The notes beneath the pieces were generated by a model, which did no database searches, was not told the origin of the DNA, and worked only from the letters and a program-made list of their open reading frames with translations. A program made the translations under genes and the position numbers. 64,000 nt of DNA from Tubulanus polymorphus (taxonomy: Eukaryota; Animalia; Nemertea). Of the stretch, positions 51,401 to 61,834 are shown piece after piece (position 1 is the first letter of the stretch; the number at the start of each line of letters is the position of its first letter). The DNA is taken from positions 5,541,950 to 5,605,949 of the forward strand of contig NC_134026.1 in the NCBI RefSeq assembly GCF_964204645.1, read 5' to 3'.

Positions 51401-54400
51401 TGGCGGCTCGGTCTGCGTCTCGGCCTCCACCGAACAGATCAAGAATCTGCCACAATAGTACGCTGCGAAACAAAATTAAGAGTCAAAATACATATTCAAC
51501 TCGCAGAATAGACATACGGTACCACAAGACCACATCACAGAACATACCTGGTTAGTTGCAACAGCGATCTCTCCTCTTCTTGAACTTGTGTGAACACATT
51601 CACTTTGAATATCAGCTATAATACAAGCACAATATATCAAAATATGACAGGGTCACCACTTCTATTTGACTTGCTTTTTCTCTGAATTTTCCCTGACATA
51701 CACATTGTTTTTCGCCTGACTTGATCTGCTAAGAATTCAATCAAATAACGCAGTCAAATGACATAGACAGAAACTGTTTGATTTTACTAAATTCCCTGAC
51801 TATTCCCTGATTTATCAAAAGAAAAGAAAGTTCGCAGAATTTTCCCTGCATGAGTCTAGAGGTAAACAATTCAAACAGGGAAAAAGGAAGATTAACGAAC
51901 TGATACATTTTATGAGAATCATGAGAGATGGCACAAGTCAGTTATAAGTCAAAACAGTGCCTGTATCAATGATTCAGTGAAATGTACTATCTTAACTTTG
52001 CCAGGATGATTGATGTTACCTGAAGTACGAACAGAGCGCATCGTATGATTCTGTAATCGGTGATGTGAAGAGCATGTTCTAGAATGCTACAAACACGTCT
52101 CATAAATGCTAGATCAATCGGCTGTTGTTGCAAAAGGTAATTCCCGAACGGTGAGTTGAACATATCATTCGTGATTTGATGTAAACACATCGAACCGACG
52201 TGCAACAGTAAACACTGTATGATCTCGTCACTCGACATCAGGTTGTCTAGTAGAAACAAATAATACAAAAGGCAATGAAAATTCAATTTGGCACCAGTAA
52301 GGTAACTAATTAAAAGTAGAAATGGACTAGTATATTCCACCCAAATAGGTTCACATTGAACTCAAAACTATGGTAACAGGGGTTCAGATACATTTTTGAT
52401 AATTGTCAACGTGAAAATATGTGAATATAGATGACCAAAGAGAGTTTTTCAGATTGTTATACGGAAATATGCAGATTTTAACAGGAGCTAGATAGAGACT
52501 GTGTTTCAGGAATGTTAATTCATTGTCAATTTCATGAGGAAGATATGTCCTTAACCAGGAACCACGACAAATCATTTTGAGTTACTGACAAGTACCAAGT
52601 AGTTGGTAATTCTTGGGCAAGTGTTTGAATGTTCTAACATTCTGGGTGAATTATGAGTTATGAATGCATTTTTTACATAAGCCATGTTAGAGTGAAAATA
52701 TTTACCTTTCCGTGGATAAAACTGATAATCTGGAGGGAGACCAAGTCGTGTCATGACATGGTGTCTTGCTTGGTGTCCAGGATTGTAAAACTGGTCGACG
52801 TAATCATTACTAATCGTCCAAATCATGTTGTTAGTTGAATCGTAACAAATGCCTGAATAGAAATTACATTCATTTGTCAAATATGCCAAACATTTCTATC
52901 AATGCCCAAAACCTAGCACCAGGTTTTATAATACAGAATTTCCTGACATTCTGAAAGAGTTCATCTGCTTATTACTACTGACATTGCCATTTATTGATAG
53001 ATGATTCTACAAGAATTTTCACGTAGCTTAAAGTGTTAGATATCTTGTGTATTGCGGATCACATGTCTTAATGTAATAAAGTCAGCTCCTACCTAGTCCG
53101 CATACTGTAGCGCCTCTTGCCAGAGAACAAATTGGTGCATCGATCAGTTCAGATCTGTGAGTGAATTGACCCTCTTTCAGTTCGAATGATATATTTGTAG
53201 CCAATGCTGAAAAACGATGAAACGTTGATTTTGTAGCACGCGACCATTTTCTAATCCAGTAGTTGAATAGAAACACTTACATCGGACATTCGATAAACCT
53301 GAAGCGCTTCCGAAGAGTGATCGTGCAGAATTCGAAGAGGCATTCGACGATGCGGATGAAAGCATAATCACTGACGAGCCATCGCAATATATCGGTGTAC
53401 GTTGCAAAACTTTTAGCGACAGGCCACAGCTTGTTTGAACTGAAAGAACAAACATAGATTTAATAGCCAATTCGATTTCATTAGTTTTGTCTAGATATTT
53501 TCATGTAGATCAATGGATCTAGCCTGGAAATGAAATATGCTGGATCTGGATAGATTGTGCAGATAGGCCTAGGCCTTGGTATTATTTCAGAGAAGCATTT
53601 GCCTTGACTTGTAAATCCCCTCTCATAAGTGAGCTCTCTTTCACAGTGAAATGAAAATCTGAATTTTGAAATACATGTAGTGAATGACTAGATTGGCTGT
53701 AGAACCAAACAACCTGACTATGCATTATTGCCAAGGCGATGTGATTTTTTTACAAACACAACTGAGCATGCATAGACTCGGCGCATATACGTACTGTTAG
53801 ATTCTTCTTTGCGCGAAGGAGGAGCACTTTCACCGCCAGTCAATGTAACGAGCGTAGCAGTCGTAGGAGATGCGCGATACGGGCGTAAACGCGATAAGAT
53901 CGTTTCGTTCAACGATTTCGTCACCGTTCCTTCTTCTTTTTTCGCCAACGTTATCGTCTTTTTGATCGCTTCAACAATCAATTCATCGGCCTGTAGTTTT
54001 AAAAGTTGTGGTTCCGAACAAAAATCATAATTTCTAGTCAGTGGCGGGGAAAATTCGTCAATTTCTTACCTGTACTTTCCAACAATCTAAGTTAACCGGC
54101 AGTGTTTTAGTTTTGTCCGATGTCAAATTACTCGGTATCCATATATGGTAAAAATACATGCCATCCGTCGTAAAAGACACTGTATGACCGTTTATCGAAG
54201 CTATATCTGCAGAAACTAGCTGCTTAACAATCTACAAATGTGTAACACACATTGAAAGATCCATGTTGAAGCCTTCACAAAGGAATGAATGTTTTATGCC
54301 AAGAATTATTCAGTAGGCCTATATTCTTTTCCAAGCGTCAACTTACTAGTAAGCTGCGTTGATCCAGTATTTGTGCGACAACCCCTTCTTTATCTTTGTC

Positions 54401-56723
54401 AAGACCAGTCGGACGATAAAGCAGAACATCACTTCCATATGCGACGAATCCCGGACCGATTTCAGTATTAGTTTGATAGACATAACCTCTGCAGAATATA
54501 AGCTATATGTTTATTATGTAACATACTTATTTTCTATAGCTCTTGAATGTAAGACAAATGATGTAAAGAAGGCGACAGTGGCGTGATAGCAGTAGAGTGA
54601 TGTACATGTGAAGAAGAATTAAGGTGGATTAATGATTGGTGATCTTGTAATATATCAGATTATGTGAGGTCCAAAGAAGATCCCCAACAATAAGTCTAGT
54701 CTTCTAGGATTATTCATGTCTCTAGAGGCTTTCTTTTACAGAAATTCACCATAAAAAATTTTGCAACGTAGTAATTGCTGCTGATGGTGTGAAAGACTCA
54801 CTCGAAATAAAATTTGATAGATTCAGGAAGACATGAAAAAAGGTCCAAAATAAATACAATGTTACGGGTCTAAAGATTCCTGACAGGCAATATAATCGAC
54901 ACCATTTTTTCTTACCTCAGGGTGCCGTGTAAACCAGTTCCTATTTTTGCCAAACCCATTCCGCAGTTATTGGTCGTATAAAGAAATTCTCCGTCAGTTG
55001 TGCATGATCTACACCCATCAAAATCTGATCCTTTTAGAAATAAGGAAAAAATAAAAAGGGTACCCCAAGATAACAATAACAATTTTACAAATTTTTAAAT
55101 TGATTATGAATTGCCAATTGATCCATTACAAATCACTAAAATCTACTTCTTTTTGTAAAGTAAAAAAAATTGTTACGTTGTTTCTCATTTCTGCTCAGCT
55201 TAGGCTATAAGTCGACCCCGCCAGCCGCCTATCTACCCTATACATTACTATGATCAAGCTAACCATAACAGAACGGCAGTTAGAGAAATTAACTGATCAA
55301 AAATTTGATTGCAGTCTACAAAATGACCCAGCCGATTAGGAGAAACAAGGCAATATTATTTCAGCCTTATTATTGAAAGAATACATACCTTTATCTTTCT
55401 CCGCTGATTGCACTGCTCCTGGTCCAGTCTTATTCAAGTGCGCGGAAAGCATGTCATCGAAGCCCCAACTGATGATATGTTTGCTGCCCTGAAGACAACT
55501 AGGCGGCCCTGGACCTCCGTCTAACTCGAGCAATTTGATCAGGACATCAGAAACCGGGACTGGTTTGAAATCTTTTACATTCTGCAGCAAGTATACTGTC
55601 CTTACAAATGTTTTCAAGTGGCCCCTAAATTATGAATTAACAAGGAAATTTCATTATTCGAATTGTCATCTTTACGAGGCTCATCAAGTTTGATCTTAAG
55701 AATTTCAAATTTTTATACGGTTTGATAACTAAGTTCAGCAAGCATCTGGATATTAAATATGTTATTTCAAGGTATCCTACTTCAAAAAACAATACAGTAG
55801 ACCAGGCTTAATTCGGATCATTTGGGACAAAAAACTCATCCGGTTTGAGGGAAATCTGGATTAAAACTCATTTCCCTCAATATTAACAACAAATGGACTG
55901 CAAATACGGTTATGTCTGGATTAGACAAAAATCCGGATTAAGCGGGTTTGAATGAACTATTTTGAGGTTTAAACGTTTTCATGAATCTGGGCCACAGGAA
56001 GTTATCAAGTGCTTGTTTGATTTATCTACATTACCTGGCACATGCTAAGGCAATAAGCGCTGAAGCCGTAGTTTCCTGATGGACCGTAGATGGCACTCGC
56101 ACCATTCCTTCGCCTAACCACGAACAAATCAAATTCTCTAAACCGTTCATGCAATCGCTAGGCTCCCTCGCTAAACTGAGAGGTGATGAATCGCGTAAAC
56201 AATTCAACAAGACGTCAGCGGTCATGCCGCATAATGCCGAATCTGTATTGCTTTGCGACTGCAGTAGTGGCAATACTAAAAGCAAACCGACACGCGTCGA
56301 AAACGAAGCTTGCTCCGTATCCTTCCATAATCCTTGTTTCTTCAAAACGGATATCGTTTCTTCTTGCGTCGCGAGATCGTGGTCAGTTTGTTCATCGAGG
56401 CCCAACGACAGCTGTTGTTGCGCGCCCCATAAGCCGAGTAAAGCGTTCAGTCTGTATTCGATGAGTCGCGCGTACGCGCTGTTCTGGTTGCCGCATATCG
56501 ATATAAGTTTGTCGGCGAGTTCACTTGGATTCTTCGACTCGAAATTTATCGCTTCTTTTTCGGAACCATTTCCTCCGCTGTTGCCACAACGGCGAAGGGA
56601 GCCGAGTGTAACTTCACGCGGTAATTCTACAATATCGGTCACTCGTATTAACCCGTCGTGTAAAAATAACGTTTCCTCGGTGAGTGATAACCATTGTAAG
56701 CTTTCTTGGTTGTTGTTGTCCAT
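30425..56723 (-). CDS. HECTD4: HECT-domain E3 ubiquitin ligase HECTD4, roughly 63 coding exons
   Basis: First exon 56723-56035 encodes LQWLSLTEETLFLHDGLIRVTDIVELP (HECTD4 N-terminus). SPRY-like exons lie at 39.3-40.6 kb (FYWEIEICSFG, GDIAGIGWER, VYFTHNGRRL), and large exons at 36902-36360 and 36264-34352. The HECT domain spans 32.5-30.4 kb (FNVRLTGEEVHGTSGSFRHFLWQVAKELQ, FWSVLESFSQDDLCRFIKFACNQDRIP). The last exon 30561-30425 ends RYIRVETCLFMIKLPQYSS...REDPLSG* with the catalytic Cys. The internal exon count is approximate. Confidence 0.95.
38128..38271. mobile_element. Palindromic MITE-like element in a HECTD4 intron
   Basis: Nested inverted arms AGCAAAACCC..GATGATATAACAGTTTATTC..GAAGTTTTAACTAAA / TTTAGTCAAAACTTC..GAATAAATTGTTGTATCATC..GGGTTTCGCT. 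Confidence 0.6.
39029..39322. mobile_element. MITE family C; partial copy at ~49240-49350
   Basis: CAGGGCTCTT...AAGAACCCT ends. The internal block ATAGAG..AAAA..CAAAATT..CAYAGCTTTTC.GGGGCC is shared with the 49.3 kb copy. Confidence 0.5.
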
Positions 56724-56807
56724 GATTTCTCGGCCAGAAATCAGGATTTAGTGCAAATACAACATTCGAAATGTCAAAAGTTGTTTTTTCATTTTCGCGT
56801 CATGGGA

Positions 56808-56819
56808 GCGGCCATTTTG
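56808..56819 (-). promoter_or_regulatory. YY1-like motif near the HECTD4 transcription start
   Basis: CAAAATGGCCGC on the minus strand, ~90 nt upstream of the HECTD4 ATG. Confidence 0.4.
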
Positions 56820-57442
56820 ATTTTCGTCGGATCAACTGTTTCGAATCCTGAATTTATATCTCAGCGCTAGACGAAAACACCCTTTCCTTTTCACCCGCAG
56901 AATTAGGTAGATTTTTGAAAATGCGCATTTAATAAACTGAATGTATTAACTGTCAATTTTCAAATGTAAAAATTAGAGGAAAATCACAAACAATTGAAGG
57001 AAACTCAATTCTTTTACGGGAATGCCGTTAACCGCATGGCTCTCGAAATAATCTACCAAGCTATGTTGGAATCGTATTCATTGCCTTTAGAAATGAAGAC
57101 CATCAATTTATCGCAATCATTTTCACAGTCTAATTGATTACACATTATATACCACTCTTATACTGGCCTATCTTTAACTCTGTGGGTTCTAAATACCAGT
57201 TTAAATCAAACGTATACTATTCTAATGCAGATATACTTTTCTTAATTACCGGACCGTAATGTAGAAAATTGTTGTTGATTTTTATGTAACATCGCATGTC
57301 ATGTTTTTGTTCTGTGTCGATCCTTGTTTTTTATTTTTTTAGTCGAGTAGATTTTCTAATTCAAAGAAGGAATTTGCATAGTGCGAGTCGATTTGCTGAC
57401 AAGGCCGTAAGCTTAGAGACCGAAACTTTATGAACCATCGAC

Positions 57443-58330
57443 ATGAGCAACGGACAGACGCTTTGGAGTCCTCAATCACTAACTACCCGCTGATTTAAAA
57501 AAGATATTCTTTCTGAGTGCTCCAGAAAAACGTTCTTGATTGTCGAAGAAATTTTGGTAATTCGTTGTTCAAATCGCTATTCCTTATTTCAATATCGTCA
57601 AAAGAACCGACTGAAGCTCCCGGCACCGTGGTGGAAAAATTTCAGGAATCAAATACAGGAAGATTATGAGACGAATATAATCGTCGATTTTTGGCTATGA
57701 AGGCGGTCTGCGGTCGTTCCCCAATTTTGGACACTTGGACGCGTACTAGGAGTAATGATTACTGCAAGGAAACGAGAAGCATTCTCCGGGCACCGCGTTG
57801 GAAGCTATTTTTGATTTGACAGTACGTTGCCGCGGCGAATGTACTTAAATTTCGTCGAAAACAGGATATTCAAAGAAAAAAAGACGTCATTTAGTAAATT
57901 ATTGCCGCGGCTTTCTTGGCATGTGGTCAAGGCTCTGAAGTCAAGAGCCTTTTTCTGATTTGCCTCAAGGGGGCGCCGTATCTGGGTTAAGAATGAATTT
58001 CTTCCTTCCGGTAGGCCTTAAAGCGGTAAAGTAGGCTGGATCTGGTCTGCAATATGTTATAGTTCTACTCCGTCAGACAACAGCACTTCAGTAGCCCATT
58101 ATAGACGTCGATACCTGTCATCTCACCACCTCGTTGTTACATCTACTCTTCGCTTTCCAATATTGCGGATGAGATTTTGTTCCGTTGAAACTATGGACTC
58201 TAAAGATGGGAGCGTCGACTTGCGGCAGCGATGCGATCGGTTGCATCTGGCTGCATGATGGGCGCGTAGAAAGGTCGACTACGTAGACATTTCGAACGAA
58301 AAAACAGAAAGTCAAAGACACTATGTTTAA
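57443..58330 (+). pseudogene. Coding-like segment interrupted by stops; possible decayed gene (weak Mab-21/cGAS-like motif order) or non-coding transcript
   Basis: GC/CpG-elevated relative to its flanks and preceded by a strong acceptor (TTTTTATTTTTTTTAG, 57342). No intact long ORF. The family assignment is by eye only. Confidence 0.3.
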
Positions 58331-61300
58331 GCAACATCTCGTTCGTATTTAATTTAATTACCGGCAATAATAATAATATCAATAATACAAATAATAATTA
58401 ATCAATTGTTATCACAGCTGAAAAATAAGACTTTTAGCCTACAATAATGTTACTTACAGTTTATACCGGTACAGATATATTCATTTTTACACAACTGTAA
58501 AAAGCTCCATCATTCGGCATATACAAATATGTACAAAATGATAATCATATATTTTCACTGAGTAACGCAAAAATGATTCGTTAAATACTGCGATTGAATG
58601 TTTATGACATGAAGATGAGACTTGAAAATATCAAGGTAGATAGGCCATACGTTAAATTCACAAATGAAGAAAATACTATCGCGTTGATTATGGCGATGTG
58701 AAGGGCCACTAATCGATTTGATATTAACCGAATTGATGAAAGGAATATTTGTAGGATTTATGATTTTGATCCCTACGGCGAGTTACTAAACCCAGAATAT
58801 ACGTGCATTGAAATTGATTTGAGATCAGGCACACTACATCGTCGTATTCACCGAGCATTACTTAGCTTCAAATACTCACACACGGTCTCAAGCTCATATA
58901 CAGCATTAGAGGTTACTACAAAAACATTAAGTATCCATATTTAACTAAACTCAAACGATTAGAAATTCCCCAAGCGTTATCAGGTGAAATCTACGACTCA
59001 TTTTTAACTGCATAACCGGAGAATCGATGAAGCTCCATATATCATTATTGTCACTCAAAAAACAAAAGGATTTTGTCACGCAGTAGTGAGTTTAATTTAA
59101 TTCTTCATTCAACATTTTCTTTTGACTAAGCTTATACCTAATCAAATTCGTACCTCAAACTGTGGAACTGGTGGCAAAAGTAAAAGATATGAAATCATGT
59201 TTTCATGCCCATACATCTTGTCCATCCGTGTAAATTGTTACTTGATTTCCTCTTGAATATGAAGATGATTATACTTATTTTTTTCTCACGGCAGCTAGTT
59301 TCAAAATGATCTTTATTTTATAGTTCGAACACCGATGATTTGCATGTAAATCTACACACGTAATCCAAGTGACTTAATATAAGCCAACACGCAAACATAT
59401 AGATAAGCATGCATGGACACCATTCAGAGGTAAATATTTGTTCAGAAAAGGTCTATCTGCTGCCGGTCTTAATGGAACCATGAAAGTCCTCTGAATTCCC
59501 GATGGAATTTATAGGATATTTTCGAATGTATTTGGTACTTTGCCTATGATGGAAAAAATACAGTCCTTTGCCGGTTCCTACAGTTTCGGGATTCTGTGCT
59601 GTTGTTGTTGACGGTGCAAAGCTTTGGTATCATCAGAAGTATAACTCATCTTCGTAGCTGTATTCTAGAAAGCAGACAGAAACGTAACAACTAATGAATA
59701 GAAAATAGAGAAATAAGAAAATATGTATTCTCTTCATGGTCCGATCCAGCGTGGTGTACATGGTAATGAGAAACATAAGCGATATTTCCCGACGATTCAA
59801 CGTTGACTCAGTCCGTAGCACATTTTTAACCGATTCGATCCGACCTTGGGATAATCATCTTGGCAAGTAGATTACGCTAAGATCCGACCCATTCGTCGAT
59901 TGGTTCTATAGGCCCACATTACACATGTATACCATTCTGGATCTACCCTGAAACTCAACGCAAGGCGGCACAGCTGAGAATATCTATCTTCGAGCTTTTG
60001 GTTACGTTCATTCGTGTCATCAATGATTTTACGTACAGTTGCTGAAAGTGCTTTTGTCGAATTTCTCTACCGTGTTGCATGCGTTGAGCTTGACGTATTA
60101 GATGAATATACACAGGATATAGGGGAAATTATTTTCAAGATTAATAGCAACGAAATGAGAGTTAATTACTGTTTACAAAAACAACATTGAAGCCATGATC
60201 GTCAATGTTGGAACTGACCGTTGATTGATTAATGGGTGGTTATTGCGATGAAATGAACCGAATCAATTTCTGGGGCCAGTCCGGACAAATTTTCCCAAAA
60301 CCCCTGCAGATTTTCAATTTTGCTTAAATCAAGACTGGTTTTCTGATCTCCGGGCCAAAATTTATCACGTAAGGGGAATATGTAACCGGGATTTATGGAC
60401 CAAGTTGATGAAAGCTGTGTCGTAGTATAGATTACATAGTACGGTAAAGTGACATGCGACAAAAAGCAGTAACGAATAACAAGGATTAAGCGGACACGCA
60501 AAAGCGAATTATAGATGAAAGCATAACGAAAAAAGCATTGAAGTATCCGTACGATGACAAGGGTAACTGTATATACAAAAGGAAACATGCGTCATAAGCA
60601 ATGTGAATAATTCGGGAATTTTCTTGGCAGGTTTTTATGTGAAGCGTTTCAACCTTACGCTATTCGGACTGAGCTTGCGTGTTTTGTCCATTCTGCGGTA
60701 AAAACCTGCGAAGAAAGTTTTAGATATTGTGTACATCATTAAAAACGCATGCATTTGACATAAAACTATCTACTTTAAAATGTGTATATACAACATGCAG
60801 TAAATGCAAAACGAAAAACGCTTTATCAAAATATCAAATATATTTGTTTTAAAATCTCGCATTAATGAAAAACATAATATAACAAAATGACTCGATGACA
60901 AAATAATAACAGATGAAACATGAAAGTGTTTATATACATATATCTTATGAAACATGAGTAAAATTTAAGTAGATGCTCCAAATAGTTCATTTATTCAATA
61001 AGAAATTCCATTTTTATCTAGAATTTACGAACAATAGCTTTTTTTCTATATAGATTCAATTACGTAGTCAACGTCTTTATGAACACAATGTATTGATATG
61101 TTTACAATTCACTTCTATATATATTCGTTATATTCGTAAAAACATGCATATTTATATACATACAATGTGCGCAGAAAAACTACAAAACACAATATGGACT
61201 CCGTTATTCCTCAAGCATGGTTCTGACTGGTGATATAACAAAAATCGAAGTAACACTACACTCAGGCTCCGGAGAGATATTCAAGATATTTGCAGTGGGC

Positions 61301-61834
61301 GACCCGAACTTAGAAATGTCCTTTTTGTTACGACGGACAAAGAACCAATTTCACTTGTGCGGCTTTGTCGATATGATAGATGTATCAACCAAATGTTTAG
61401 TCACATCAGGGACATTTCTCTGGTCACGTATAGCAGTTGAATCGGTCCCTCGAACATCGGGAGGTACATACATTCTACTTAGCACCACTAGTGGATAAAC
61501 CACGGATAAACCATGCCTGTTCGGAAAAAACGCAGTCCCAGACATCCCAAAAACATGCAGAACATGCAAATCATGCAGCATTCCACCGGAATCACTTGGC
61601 ACAGGAGTTACAACACTGACCCGATCAGTCACATATTACAAAACCGAGGACCGATGATGCATGCAACCATCCTTATATGTAATAATACTTTCATCAACTT
61701 TAACCCCGATTTTGATCTTACAACTAATATGTACCCATTTTACAAATTATCGTTTATCGTTACCAGATAGCATGAAAAGGAAGGTCGGTTAGGTTGGATG
61801 GCAATGAATTACAAATGGAGTAAGATGGTTCGGG

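Noticed and set aside
57387-57442. Hammerhead-like CTGACAA-GGCC...GACC-GAAA flanked by GTCGAT/ATCGAC
   Set aside because: G8 is missing, stem II is mismatched, and there is no stem III or UH cleavage triplet.
61217-61770. Cluster of short overlapping ORFs
   Set aside because: They lie just downstream of the last gene's stop (probable 3' UTR) and have no splice support or recognisable motifs.
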